From the NCBI GenBank assembly GCA_017629245.1, contig JAGBXO010000002.1, positions 86,475 through 150,474 on the forward strand: DNA of 64,000 bases. The letters are read 5' to 3'. Position numbers and translations under genes: made by a program. Positions within the stretch are counted from its first letter, which is position 1. Each line of letters starts with the position of its first letter. This document shows positions 1-10,504 of this stretch, one piece after another. Source of the DNA: Alphaproteobacteria bacterium. Lineage in GTDB: Bacteria; Pseudomonadota; Alphaproteobacteria; Rs-D84. Under the pieces are notes generated by a model, which did no database searches, was not told where the DNA came from, and saw only the letters and a program-made list of their open reading frames with translations.

Positions 1-217
1 AATTGCCGGCGTACGACAATTTTACATTGTCATCAATTATGTTTTGCAGGGCAACGCGACGGTTATCAGTACTGGTTTTACCCTGGCGCGCCATTAATTT
101 TGTGCGCATTGTGATATCAGTATCTGTTATTGGTGTGCCATTAACATTTGCAACAATCGTTGCCCCAAATGATGGCAATGCAAAAAATACCGATAATAAT
201 ATTAGGATTTTCTTCAT
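1..217 (-). CDS. surA: SurA N-terminal domain periplasmic chaperone (truncated by window edge; not in ORF track)
   Basis: Manual translation from ATG 217 after an AAGGA SD: MKKILILLSVFFALPSFG-ATIVANVNGTPITDTDI...QNIIDD. Signal peptide plus SurA 'VAxVNGxxIT' motif; follows lptD. Confidence 0.75.
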   Translation of the reverse strand, partial: MKKILILLSVFFALPSFGATIVANVNGTPITDTDITMRTKLMARQGKTSTDNRRVALQNIIDDNVKLSYAGN

Positions 218-238
218 ATTAATTTTCCTTTTCTTTCA

Positions 239-2254
239 TTAATATTGTTGGCCATCAATCGCCATACCAAATCTGAATTGGAATGTTGTTGTGCCAACAT
301 AGTCTTCTTTTATCGCATTATCACGACGATATTCAACAGACAAATAATAACATGGATGATTATAGAAAAAACCACCGGTGTGACGCTGGAACGCGCCCAA
401 TTCCATGTTATATATCGCATTCCAACGCAACGCCCAACGATTTGTTATTTGCACACCTGCGCCAATGACCGCTTCGTTAATATCAATATTTTCTGTAAAT
501 TCATCACTTAAATGCTGGGACCAAATGTGGCCAACATTTAAGAAATTGCGTGCGGTTCCAATATTTGCAGTTGTTTCCATGTGACGCAGTGAAAAATCTT
601 CCTGATTCAATCTGAAACGCGATGCTATATTTAGCCATTTCATATTATTATACGAAATGCGACCAACATAGTCAGATGCACCGTTGTGAAAACCACTGTT
701 TAAATCAATTGATGGGCGTTCGGTAAAGTCATAGGATTGACCTAAAAAGACTTCGACCGTATCGCCGTCAGCACTGAATGCCGCCCAACGCGCACCATAG
801 TCTGCATATGTGCCGTTTTCCCATAAATCCAAACCCGCCAATCTGTTGTCAGAAAACAATGTTGAATCAGTTAGAATAGTACCTGCGGAATCGTTGTTTA
901 ATGCAAATTCTTCGGCATCCAGGTGGCGCATAAATGTTATGCGGGCACGCGGTTCAATTATCTGGGTCCATTTTGATGATGGACGAAACATTGGTAATCC
1001 CCATTCCAGATATCCGCTGGGTAAAAATCTGTTTTTAAACCCCGAATAAATACCACCATCAACCAATGGTGTTTTATCAAAATGATAAACATCGTATCGG
1101 GCAGACACACTGGCTGTCAGGCGATTGCCACCCCATAATGTCCACGGTGTTGTAAGTCTGGCATCACCGATTAAACGCTGGGCGGCGGTGCCATCGCCGG
1201 AAATACCTAAAACATCTGCGCCAAATGTTGCATATGTTTCACCAAACAGTGGGGCGGTTTGATGTACTGCGCGAATGTTCGGTAAAATATCACCGTCTGG
1301 GGCAGAATGCACACCTGTACTTTCACGCAATTCTTGGAATATGTGCGCATCGGCCACAACATAACTACTTTGTCCAAATAATTCCAATTTTGCACCTGAA
1401 TCCAAATATGGTTGGTCGTTATAAAACCCATACTTTTGTAAATATGTGCGGTCAGATGCGCGTTCCAGGAATATTGTTGCACGTGCATATTCGCCCAATT
1501 CTATTATATCATCGTTAAATATATGCCAACGATCAGCACCCGCACGATTGTGTGTAAAAGATGCACTGGTTCTGTATTCAGAATGCTGTGCGTTCAGGCG
1601 ATGTTCCAACTGAAACAATGGGTTTTCCTGGGTCAAATACGACAATGTCACCGTCATATCATGTGTGTCAGACAACGATATATAAAACGGCACATTTATC
1701 TGGGTTCCCATTTTGTTGGTTGATTCAAAATCAGGCATTAAAAAACCAGTTTTGTACTTTACACCAGGGTCTGGCATTTCAAAATACGGCAACCATAAAA
1801 TAGGTATATCATAGGCACGCATAACAGGGTTATAAAAATACAGTATGCGTTCTTGCATATCATGAACAATCTTGTATGTTGTGATTTCCCACGCATCGCC
1901 ATATGAATCACAATCATCACACGCGGTAAATGTCGCATTGCGTGCAATTGTTAAATCACCACGACGTGTGATATTATCAGATTCAACATATACATGATTT
2001 CCCAACCATAATTTAATTTCATCGCCAGATAATTCTGAGCCTTTACTAGAAATATAAGAATCAGTCAAGGTCATACGCTGACCTGATTTGTTGGTAATTT
2101 CTGTATCACCTGATGTTTTAATTGTTTCAGACTTTACATCATATACAATTTTATCCGCAACAATGGTTCGTGGCTCGTCCGTGTTAATGGACAAGGCATA
2201 CGATGATGCACACATAAAAATATTTGCAAAGATTATAAATAGATATCGCTTCAT
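239..2254 (-). CDS. lptD: LPS-assembly protein LptD
   Basis: N-terminal ADKIVYD/ATFTAC..W motifs, PYFEMPDP..KTGFLMP, C-terminal barrel with HPC; ATG overlaps the lptF stop (ATGA). Confidence 0.9.
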   Translation of the reverse strand: MKRYLFIIFANIFMCASSYALSINTDEPRTIVADKIVYDVKSETIKTSGDTEITNKSGQRMTLTDSYISSKGSELSGDEIKLWLGNHVYVESDNITRRGDLTIARNATFTACDDCDSYGDAWEITTYKIVHDMQERILYFYNPVMRAYDIPILWLPYFEMPDPGVKYKTGFLMPDFESTNKMGTQINVPFYISLSDTHDMTVTLSYLTQENPLFQLEHRLNAQHSEYRTSASFTHNRAGADRWHIFNDDIIELGEYARATIFLERASDRTYLQKYGFYNDQPYLDSGAKLELFGQSSYVVADAHIFQELRESTGVHSAPDGDILPNIRAVHQTAPLFGETYATFGADVLGISGDGTAAQRLIGDARLTTPWTLWGGNRLTASVSARYDVYHFDKTPLVDGGIYSGFKNRFLPSGYLEWGLPMFRPSSKWTQIIEPRARITFMRHLDAEEFALNNDSAGTILTDSTLFSDNRLAGLDLWENGTYADYGARWAAFSADGDTVEVFLGQSYDFTERPSIDLNSGFHNGASDYVGRISYNNMKWLNIASRFRLNQEDFSLRHMETTANIGTARNFLNVGHIWSQHLSDEFTENIDINEAVIGAGVQITNRWALRWNAIYNMELGAFQRHTGGFFYNHPCYYLSVEYRRDNAIKEDYVGTTTFQFRFGMAIDGQQY

Positions 2255-3309
2255 TTTTTTGATAACACCACCAATATACCGCAAAAAAATACAACCAATG
2301 AAAATGCCAGGATTACAAAGCCGGTCATACTGCTAATTATATTTGTTGCAGACATATATAATGCCATCACTGTCGCCATGGCTGCAACAGCAAGCATTGG
2401 GGCAAAACTGGTACGGCGACGCAACAATGACGAACGCAACAATATCGTTGCACATAACGCCGCCAATATTAAATTCATAAGCGGGGTTAAAAACCTGTTG
2501 CATAGTTCTGCCAAAATCATTTTGTGCTGTTTTTTCGTTTCTGCATCAAACGCGACACGCAACAAATCGCCCGTTGGAACACGGCGCACACGGAAAGATG
2601 TACTGCCCCCACGGTCAACCAAATTTAAATCCATATCAAATGTTTCAAATGTACCCGTCACACTTTGTTCACCATTAAACTGTAATGCGCCATTATTCAT
2701 TACCAACGACAGACCACGAACAGTAGAAATCAATTTTCCTTTTTCTGCAAAAATTGCCATTGGTGCCGCATCATCACGCATATCCGATAACATAACCTGG
2801 GACAGGTCATGACCAGAAACCCGGTCTACATACACAACCAGACCATCTGCGATTTCGGTAAAGGCACTTTCCTGTAATTTCATATGCGCCATACCGTATT
2901 GCAGATTCCATTGCGTGTCATAAAAAACAGACTGACTGTACGGCACAATCCAGATATTTAACAGCAAATTTAATACCATCAACACACCACCCAATCGCAG
3001 GGCAGGGCGCGCAATCTGACGCGGCGACAGCCCAGATGCCGCCATTACCGTCACTTCGTTATCAGAAATCATTTTATTGTATACAAATATAACTGCAATA
3101 AAACACACAAACGGTACAATAATAGATGCAATAAACGGTATCATCAGTGATGTAAGCCCCAAAAAACTGCCAACATCAATGCCGTATTTCAACAAAAACT
3201 TCATCATGGACATAATTTGCATCATCCATGCCAGTCCCGTTAATATCAATAACAGCATTATGAATATTGCAACCAATTGGCGCATAAAATAGCGATTTAA
3301 AATCTTCAT
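2251..3309 (-). CDS. lptF: LptF/LptG family LPS export permease
   Basis: MKILNRY start, 3 TM + periplasmic domain + 3 TM, 'DNEVTVMAASGLS' signature. Confidence 0.85.
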   Translation of the reverse strand: MKILNRYFMRQLVAIFIMLLLILTGLAWMMQIMSMMKFLLKYGIDVGSFLGLTSLMIPFIASIIVPFVCFIAVIFVYNKMISDNEVTVMAASGLSPRQIARPALRLGGVLMVLNLLLNIWIVPYSQSVFYDTQWNLQYGMAHMKLQESAFTEIADGLVVYVDRVSGHDLSQVMLSDMRDDAAPMAIFAEKGKLISTVRGLSLVMNNGALQFNGEQSVTGTFETFDMDLNLVDRGGSTSFRVRRVPTGDLLRVAFDAETKKQHKMILAELCNRFLTPLMNLILAALCATILLRSSLLRRRTSFAPMLAVAAMATVMALYMSATNIISSMTGFVILAFSLVVFFCGILVVLSKK

Positions 3310-3315
3310 ACCCGC

Positions 3316-3344
3316 AGTATATAGTATATTTTTTTCCTTTTCAA
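3316..3344 (-). promoter_or_regulatory. sigma70 promoter for lptF, probably leaderless
   Basis: TTGAAA-17bp-TATACT, 6 nt before ATG, no SD. Confidence 0.6.
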
Positions 3345-3354
3345 GGTATGAATA

Positions 3355-3373
3355 AAGGGGCAAAACGCCCCTT
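3355..3373 (-). terminator. intrinsic terminator after pheT
   Basis: AAGGGGC-loop-GCCCCTT hairpin followed by TTATT on the minus strand. Confidence 0.65.
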
Positions 3374-3380
3374 GTTATTT

Positions 3381-5684
3381 CTATTTATCACGAATTTGCG
3401 CATTACATTTGCTTTCAACCGCAGATATAACGGAATTTTGTAAATTCAACAGGTCTGAATCTGACATGTTATCCGTTGGTTGAATTGTTATTGTAAAAGC
3501 AATAGATTTGGTGCCATTCGCCATATCAAAGGCATCAAACACAATAACATCTGATATGCGCGCATCTGCCGCACGTGCAACAGATGTTAACTTTTCTGCC
3601 GGCGTGTCAGAATCAACAATAAACGCAAAGTCGCGTGAAATTGGCTGAAAATCTGACAAGATTGGCTGTTTACCACCGCGTGGTGATGGCAGATTCTTTA
3701 TATCATCTATAATTGCAATTACAACATTTGTCTTGATACGCAGTGCGCGCGCAACAGATGGGTGCAATTCGCCAAATTCTGCGATTTTCTTTTTACCCTG
3801 CATAATCGCACCATATCGATATGGATGTGCCCAGCGTGGCGCATTATCTGTTGATACGGTGAAACGCTGGCCTGCCATTAATGAAATTAGGTCAGATTTT
3901 ACATCATAAATATCAACACTGCGATTGCGCCCTGTCCAATGCTTTGGCGATGTGGCGCCGGTGCGCACAATTGCAACCTGCGTATGTTGCTGTCCCGGCA
4001 TATCGCCATCAAAAACAGTTCCTAATTCAAACAAGTTTAAATCTGGATAGCCACGCTTTTCATTATTTGACACAGCCAACAATAATCCGAACAACAAACC
4101 ATTACGCAATGTATCATAATCAGATGTAATCGGATTTGCAATTTTGATATTTGGTCTGTCCGATAGCAATTGTTCTGTTTTTTCATTGCCAAATCCAAAC
4201 GAACGACATTCATTTAGACCACGGGACGCCAATGCAGACTTAATATCCATTTCATGCGTGTTATGTGCGCGCGATTCACCAGTTGTGTGTGAAATATCCG
4301 TTCCGATATTTTCATATCCGTGTATACGCAGTAAATCTGCGACAATTGTTTCAGGGATTTCAACATCAACGCGCGATGCGTGTGGGCGCACAATCCATTC
4401 GGGTTTTGAATAATCAACCCTATACCCAAGGGATACCAATATATCACGCTGAATATCAGGGGCGATATCTATGCCTGTTTTTTTCATGAAATAATCTGGT
4501 GTGTATTCTATGACAATATCTGGTGCTGTGTCTGTGCCAGCTGCAAATGTTCCAATAATTTTCCCGCCACATGCATCCATTATAATTTGCGCAGCACGCA
4601 TTGCAGCAACACCTGTTATTGTTGGGTCAATACCGCGTTCATAGCGATAAGATGCATCTGTTGATATACCCAACCTTTTTGCAGTTTTGCGAACACAGAC
4701 AGGGTCAAAGTATGCAGATTCCAGGATAATATTTTTCGTATTTTCTGTGAATGCACCACGCGCGCCACCAACAACACCCGCTAATGCCAAAATACCAGAA
4801 TTATCTGTGATAACAATATCAGTTTCTGACAGTTTATACGTGTTGCCAAACAGGTCTGTAAATTCTTCGCCCGCGCGCGCCATACGCACAACGATATCGC
4901 CGTCTATTTGGTCCGCGTCAAAGCAATGCATAGGTTGCGCCATGTCATAGCAGATATAGTTCGTTGCATCAACCGGGGCATTTTTTGGATTAATTCCAAT
5001 TGCACGCAGACGCGATGAAATTAACTGACTGCTGGGGGCGGGGTTTATACCATGAATTTCAACCATCTTATATGCGCGACATTTTTCAGTATCCAAGATA
5101 ACACCGCGCACACCAGAAACATTTTTGAATTCAATATCATTTGGTGCGATATATTCGCCCAAACCCGCCGCAGACAGGTCGCGCGCAATACCACGCACAG
5201 ATAAATAGTCCGGTCTGTTTGGCGTAATACCTGCATCAAATACCGTTTTTGTATCAATGACAGGTGCGCCAATTTTTGTGTCTTCTGGTAATTCTATAAT
5301 ACCACTGTGTTCGTCACCAATTCCCAATTCGCGCGCAGAACACATCATACCGTTTGATACAACACCACGCAATTTGCCAGATGTGATTTCATGACCGTCA
5401 ATGACACAACCAGGCGTTGCCAATGCTGATATCAGACCAACACGAGCATTTGGCGCACCACATACAACCTGGCGCAAGGCACCAGTACCGTCATCAACCA
5501 TCAACACATGCAAGTGATCACTGTTTTCATGCGGTTTACATTCAACAATACGCGCCGCAATTGGCGATATTGGAGTGATGACATCTTCTACTTCTAGTCC
5601 GATACGGGTCAGAGTATCTGCAATCTGGGGCGCGGATGCGTCTGTTTTTAAATAATCATTTAACCAATCAAGTGTCCATTTCAT
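3381..5684 (-). CDS. pheT: phenylalanine--tRNA ligase beta subunit
   Basis: VVCGAPN, GMMCSARELG, ITPNRPD, SYRYERG, ISRDFAF motifs. Confidence 0.97.
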   Translation of the reverse strand: MKWTLDWLNDYLKTDASAPQIADTLTRIGLEVEDVITPISPIAARIVECKPHENSDHLHVLMVDDGTGALRQVVCGAPNARVGLISALATPGCVIDGHEITSGKLRGVVSNGMMCSARELGIGDEHSGIIELPEDTKIGAPVIDTKTVFDAGITPNRPDYLSVRGIARDLSAAGLGEYIAPNDIEFKNVSGVRGVILDTEKCRAYKMVEIHGINPAPSSQLISSRLRAIGINPKNAPVDATNYICYDMAQPMHCFDADQIDGDIVVRMARAGEEFTDLFGNTYKLSETDIVITDNSGILALAGVVGGARGAFTENTKNIILESAYFDPVCVRKTAKRLGISTDASYRYERGIDPTITGVAAMRAAQIIMDACGGKIIGTFAAGTDTAPDIVIEYTPDYFMKKTGIDIAPDIQRDILVSLGYRVDYSKPEWIVRPHASRVDVEIPETIVADLLRIHGYENIGTDISHTTGESRAHNTHEMDIKSALASRGLNECRSFGFGNEKTEQLLSDRPNIKIANPITSDYDTLRNGLLFGLLLAVSNNEKRGYPDLNLFELGTVFDGDMPGQQHTQVAIVRTGATSPKHWTGRNRSVDIYDVKSDLISLMAGQRFTVSTDNAPRWAHPYRYGAIMQGKKKIAEFGELHPSVARALRIKTNVVIAIIDDIKNLPSPRGGKQPILSDFQPISRDFAFIVDSDTPAEKLTSVARAADARISDVIVFDAFDMANGTKSIAFTITIQPTDNMSDSDLLNLQNSVISAVESKCNAQIRDK

Positions 5685-5700
5685 TGTCTATTCCCCCGTC

Positions 5701-6648
5701 TTAGAAACCGGCCGATTTTAACCAGCGCACATCATTGTTATACAAATCACGCAAGTCAGGCAGATTGTATTTTAACATCGCTAATCTGTCCCAACCAAAA
5801 CCAAAGGCAAAACCCTGATACATGTCTGGGTCAATACCGCAATTGCGCAATACATTTGGATGAACCATACCCGCACCCATAATTTCCAGCCATTTGTCCC
5901 CATGCCATTTTAAATCAATTTCAATAGATGGATCGGTAAACGGAAAAAAAGATGGGCGAATACGCAATTGAACATCTGACAAACCAAAAAAGCGCGATAA
6001 GAATGCACGAACATCTGCAATCAGGTCTGACATTGTTATATTTTCATCTATATACAAACCTTCGATTTGACCAAACATTGGGCCATGTGTTGCATCCCAT
6101 TCTTTGCGATATGTTGAGCCAACACCAAACATTTTAATTGGCACACCATCTGTTTCCATCGCACGAATTTGAATCGCAGATGTTTGTGTACGTAAAACAT
6201 TACCGTTTGGCAAAAAGAATGTGTCCTGCATATCACGGGCAGGATGATGGGCAGGTGTATTTAACGCGGTAAAGTTATGCCAATCGTCTTCAACTTCGGG
6301 GCCAGTGTACATTGTATATCCAAAAGACTCTAAAATCTGGGCAATTTCTGACAGGCCACGCGTCAGTGGATGTAATGTGCCACGATTTTCAGGCATTGGA
6401 TTTAACGACACATCCAATTTCTGTTTTTGCAGACCAGCCATTAAAACAGCGTTTTCAATTTCAGTCTGGCGTGTTTTAAACAATTCGCGCAATGTCTGAT
6501 TTTCAAGATTTAATGCCGCGCGCGCATCGTTATCTAAATCCTTCATCTGTTTCAGACGCGCAGTCATTGTACCATTTTTACCAAAGGTCGCACTGTAGAG
6601 TGCCTGTAATTCTTCCAACGTGTTTATATTTTTTATTTGTTCGTGCAT
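5701..6648 (-). CDS. pheS: phenylalanine--tRNA ligase alpha subunit
   Basis: HPARDMQDTFF, LRTQTS, RPSFFPFTDPS, GFAFGFG. Confidence 0.97.
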   Translation of the reverse strand: MHEQIKNINTLEELQALYSATFGKNGTMTARLKQMKDLDNDARAALNLENQTLRELFKTRQTEIENAVLMAGLQKQKLDVSLNPMPENRGTLHPLTRGLSEIAQILESFGYTMYTGPEVEDDWHNFTALNTPAHHPARDMQDTFFLPNGNVLRTQTSAIQIRAMETDGVPIKMFGVGSTYRKEWDATHGPMFGQIEGLYIDENITMSDLIADVRAFLSRFFGLSDVQLRIRPSFFPFTDPSIEIDLKWHGDKWLEIMGAGMVHPNVLRNCGIDPDMYQGFAFGFGWDRLAMLKYNLPDLRDLYNNDVRWLKSAGF

Positions 6649-6669
6649 GATAATTAACCTTAAAATTAA

Positions 6670-6692
6670 AAAGCCGTCATACGACGGCCTTT
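6670..6692 (-). terminator. terminator-like hairpin between rplT and pheS
   Basis: GCCGTC-GTAT-GACGGC + TTTT on the minus strand. Confidence 0.6.
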
Positions 6693-6726
6693 ATTATTAC
6701 AAAACAGATACCAAGCCATCAAGGTA

Positions 6727-7095
6727 TTATTTTCCTTCGGCGTTGATAAATCGTTTCGCTGTGTCAACCAATTTTACGAAGTTTGCATCACCTGCATACG
6801 CCATTTCGGCCAAAACCTTGCGGTCCAGGGCAACGCCTGCTTTCTTCAAGCCATTCATAAACTGGCTGTAAGTCATACCATTTGCGCGTACTGCGGCATT
6901 GATACGAACAATCCACAAACCACGAAATTCACGCTTTTTAACGCGACGATCGCGATATGCGTACTGTCCTGCCTTTTCCGTTTTTTCACGGGCAGCACGA
7001 TATGTTGAGTGATGACGGCCCAAGTATCCCTTGGCGCGCGCCAAAATCTTGTTATGTTTTTGTTTTACGGTTGTTCCGCGTTTTACTCTTGCCAT
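6727..7095 (-). CDS. rplT: 50S ribosomal protein bL20
   Basis: MARVKRG...AYRDRR..KREFR.LWI.RINAA. Confidence 0.98.
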   Translation of the reverse strand: MARVKRGTTVKQKHNKILARAKGYLGRHHSTYRAAREKTEKAGQYAYRDRRVKKREFRGLWIVRINAAVRANGMTYSQFMNGLKKAGVALDRKVLAEMAYAGDANFVKLVDTAKRFINAEGK

Positions 7096-7109
7096 GACGT
7101 GTTACCCCC

Positions 7110-7313
7110 TTATTTTAACCCATATGGTGCCAGGATTTTTGCCTGTCCGACCATGTTTTCGTTCAGATACTGTGGTTTTGCACCCGCTTTGTTTGCACGA
7201 GCGGACTTTTTACGCAACAGTTTCTTATGAGAGTTACGTGCAACACGGATTTTGCCGGTCGCAGTCATAGACGCACGCTTTTTCAAGTACGACTTAGTCT
7301 TTAATTTTGGCAT
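7110..7313 (-). CDS. rpmI: 50S ribosomal protein bL35
   Basis: MPKLKTKS..KKR...TATGK..., ends LAPYGLK; upstream of rplT; GAGG SD. Confidence 0.92.
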   Translation of the reverse strand: MPKLKTKSYLKKRASMTATGKIRVARNSHKKLLRKKSARANKAGAKPQYLNENMVGQAKILAPYGLK

Positions 7314-7454
7314 TTTATATCCTCTTGTTATATCTAGTAATTTTACAGTCTGATGGCAATGCCTTGCCACTTTGACCGATGGTATTGTGGCATAAATAAT
7401 ACAAAAATCAAGTTTTTATTGAATATCTGACTTTTTAGGATTAAAGTAGGCGCG

Positions 7455-8279
7455 ATGAAACAGACAAAATTATCTTCCAGATTGTATCCTATTATTCGTG
7501 CCGCCGCCGCCAGTGCGGTATTACCTGTGCTGTTTATCTATGTCATGATTGCAAAGCCAGACTATGCGATCATGAATGCGTTATCCCATGTCGTTGTACC
7601 TGTTGCACAAACAGTCGGGAATATTGTCACATGGCCAATACGCGCCGTTGGTGCCGCAATTGAAAATATAACTGAAATATCTGCAATTCGCGCAGAAAAT
7701 GAAGAACTGCGCACCAGATTAGACCAAGCGTTGGCAAATAAACATGCTTGCGATATTGCAATTGCAGAAAATAAAAAGCTAAATCGTGAACTGGGGATTA
7801 TAAGTAGCCAACCGCGCGATATTGTTATCGCAGATATTATTCATGACAACAGTGCATTGGGACATAATACATACATCATAAATCGTGGCGTTCGTGACGG
7901 GATAGAGGTTGGAATGGCGGTTGCCAGTACAGATATGGTTTTAGCGGGAATTGTTATTGATACTGCGCCAAACTTTGCACGGGTGCGCGCGCTGACAGAT
8001 TCCGATACAAATATTGCTGTACGCGTTGTTGGATCAGAAGTTTATGGTTTTATGAAAGGTAATGGTTCTGCGCGACCAACAATTGGTTTTTTCAGTGACC
8101 CTGAATTTCAACCAACATCTGGATTAAAACTGGTCAGCAGTAATATTTCAGGCGTGTTGCCGGCCGGACTGGTTATCGGAGAGTTAATTGATGAGGCAGA
8201 TGTAAAAATCTTGGATCCCATGAAATTGTCACGGGTTATGGTTCTAAAATTTGATACCCATAAAAACGAATACAAATGA
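7455..8279 (+). CDS. mreC: rod shape-determining protein MreC
   Basis: TM, coiled coil (IRAENEELR), INRG..DGI..GMAV, SGVLPAGL. Confidence 0.9.
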   Translation: MKQTKLSSRLYPIIRAAAASAVLPVLFIYVMIAKPDYAIMNALSHVVVPVAQTVGNIVTWPIRAVGAAIENITEISAIRAENEELRTRLDQALANKHACDIAIAENKKLNRELGIISSQPRDIVIADIIHDNSALGHNTYIINRGVRDGIEVGMAVASTDMVLAGIVIDTAPNFARVRALTDSDTNIAVRVVGSEVYGFMKGNGSARPTIGFFSDPEFQPTSGLKLVSSNISGVLPAGLVIGELIDEADVKILDPMKLSRVMVLKFDTHKNEYK

Positions 8280-8731
8280 ACGGAAATATAATTGGATTTT
8301 TACGCGTATCTTTCCCGTTTTTATTAACAATCGGGTTGTGGCGACTATCTGTACCTTTTTGGAATCCAGGCGGAATCCTGGCAATTGTTCCTATATTCTT
8401 TTGCACTTTTGTACGTCCTGTAAAATGTTTTGGAATATTTTCTGTGTTTATGTGTTTGTGTTTAGATTATAAATTTGAAACTGTGTGTTTTTGGGTCGCG
8501 ATGTACTGTCTGGCGTATGCAATTAATGGTTTTCAAAGTATAATTGATATGACACGCATGGATAAAAATGGAATTGGTGCATTTATGGTATTTTTAGGTT
8601 TGGCAATTTTATTCCAGCTTTTTACAAATTTATCCCTGACAACATTTGTGCGCGGAGTATGGATGTTTATATTCGTGGGCGCACTTTATATGCCAATAAC
8701 ACTGTTAATCCAAAGGGTGCAAAATGATTGA
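8276..8731 (+). CDS. mreD: MreD-like integral membrane protein
   Basis: 151 aa, about 5 TM, coupled between mreC and mrdA; positional call. Confidence 0.6.
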   Translation: MNGNIIGFLRVSFPFLLTIGLWRLSVPFWNPGGILAIVPIFFCTFVRPVKCFGIFSVFMCLCLDYKFETVCFWVAMYCLAYAINGFQSIIDMTRMDKNGIGAFMVFLGLAILFQLFTNLSLTTFVRGVWMFIFVGALYMPITLLIQRVQND

Positions 8732-10490
8732 CAAAGAGATTTCACGCACCTTTGACAGACGTAGCGCATTGTTTTTAACTGCCGGGGCGGTATTGACATC
8801 TGTGTTGGTTATGCGAATGTTGCAAATGCAGTTGGTGGGATATCAGGACTATAAAAAGAAAAGCGAAAATAATTCTTATCGTATTCAAATTAATATGCCT
8901 GAACGCGGTAAAATATTGTCACGCAGTGGCGCCCCAATTTCACGCGATGTGCCGACATATCGTATATATATTGTCCCAGAAGAAGCACGCGATATTGATG
9001 AACTGGTCGCGACGGTACAATACGAATTAAACCTGAAACAAAAGAAAGTTGATAAAATAAAAGCAAAAATAAAAAAACAAATGAAATTCCAACCGGTATT
9101 GGTCAGTGAAAATACCGATTGGGGAAAACTGGCCAAATTACAGGCAAAAAATCTGCCGGGGTTACATGTGGAAAGCGGGTATTCGCGCGTATATGAAATG
9201 GGACCTGCGGGTGCACAGATTTTTGGGTATATTGGTGCCCCTGCAAAACCTGTGCCAAATGCCCCATTCTTTACAACAGGTATAACGGGGCTGGAAAAAA
9301 AATTTAATGATGTTATGCACGGTGATGCAGGTCAAACAGTTATGATAACAAATGCGGTTGGACGCATCACTGGCGAAGACAAATCACAATATGTTGCGCC
9401 AACAATTGGCGATAATGTTCAAACAACTATTAACGAAAATGCACAACGCGTTTTATATGATGCGTTGACCCAACACCGTTCGGGGTGTGGGGTGGCATTA
9501 GATATTGATACAGGTGATATTCTGGCAATGGTATCTGTGCCCAGTTTTGACCCAAATATGTTCCAGCAAGATGATGGCGATGAATATATTGACAGTCTGC
9601 GCGACGATATCGCAAAACCTTTTATGAACAAGGCAATAGAAGGATTGTATCCACCGGGTTCTACATTTAAAATCGTTGTTGCGTTGGCCGCGTTAGAGGC
9701 AGGAGCAATCACAGAACGCGAAAAAATTTTCTGTCCAGGATACTGGGACTATGGTGACCGCAGATATCACTGTTGGGAACATAAAGGGCACGGTAAAATG
9801 GATCTGGCAGGTGCTTTGAAGCATTCGTGCGATATATACTTTTATCAAGTGGCTTTGCGTATTGGAATTGATGCGATTAAGGAAATGGCGTTGCGTTTGG
9901 GATTTACAGAAAAATATATGGACGATGTCTTATCACGCGAAATGCCCGGTGTTATTCCAGATAGATATTGGAAAGAAAAACAAATTGGATACAGATGGGT
10001 TCATGGCGATACGGTTATATCAGGTATCGGACAGGGATTTATCCTAACAAATTGTCTGCAATTGGCAACAATGATGGCACGAACCGTTTCAAATAAACGC
10101 GTTGTTCCACGACTGATTAAGACAGATGAACGTCCCAGATTCGAAAGCATGAAATTGCAGAAAAAAAATATTGATGCAGTGTTAAAAGGACTGGAAGAAG
10201 TTTTAAAAAAAGGTGGAACCGCGGCTGCTTCTGCAATTAATGTTAATGGTAAGCGTATGGGCGGAAAAACCGGAACATCCCAGGTTCGCAGTATTTCTAA
10301 AAAAGAACGCGAAAGTGGCGTTCTGACCAACGAACAATTAAAATGGCATATGCGAAATCATGGATTGTTTGTTGGATACGCACCAACAGACAATCCAAAA
10401 TACGCCGTATGCGTTGTAACAGAACATGCCGGTGGCAGTGGACCGGCCGCGAGAACAGTCGCGGCCGTGATGAAGGAATTGTTAAAATAA
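8724..10490 (+). CDS. mrdA: penicillin-binding protein 2
   Basis: YPPGSTFK (SxxK), SCD, GKTGT motifs. Confidence 0.95.
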   Translation: MIDKEISRTFDRRSALFLTAGAVLTSVLVMRMLQMQLVGYQDYKKKSENNSYRIQINMPERGKILSRSGAPISRDVPTYRIYIVPEEARDIDELVATVQYELNLKQKKVDKIKAKIKKQMKFQPVLVSENTDWGKLAKLQAKNLPGLHVESGYSRVYEMGPAGAQIFGYIGAPAKPVPNAPFFTTGITGLEKKFNDVMHGDAGQTVMITNAVGRITGEDKSQYVAPTIGDNVQTTINENAQRVLYDALTQHRSGCGVALDIDTGDILAMVSVPSFDPNMFQQDDGDEYIDSLRDDIAKPFMNKAIEGLYPPGSTFKIVVALAALEAGAITEREKIFCPGYWDYGDRRYHCWEHKGHGKMDLAGALKHSCDIYFYQVALRIGIDAIKEMALRLGFTEKYMDDVLSREMPGVIPDRYWKEKQIGYRWVHGDTVISGIGQGFILTNCLQLATMMARTVSNKRVVPRLIKTDERPRFESMKLQKKNIDAVLKGLEEVLKKGGTAAASAINVNGKRMGGKTGTSQVRSISKKERESGVLTNEQLKWHMRNHGLFVGYAPTDNPKYAVCVVTEHAGGSGPAARTVAAVMKELLK

Positions 10491-10504
10491 GGCAATAAAA
10501 ACAT

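Noticed and set aside
6649-6726. Possible pheST attenuator or T-box
   Set aside because: Only a simple hairpin; no Phe-rich leader peptide and no UGGNACC motif
10211-10225. AGGTGGAACCGCGG, a T-box-like string
   Set aside because: Inside mrdA, encoding GGTAA; no antiterminator 3' strand or downstream amino-acid gene
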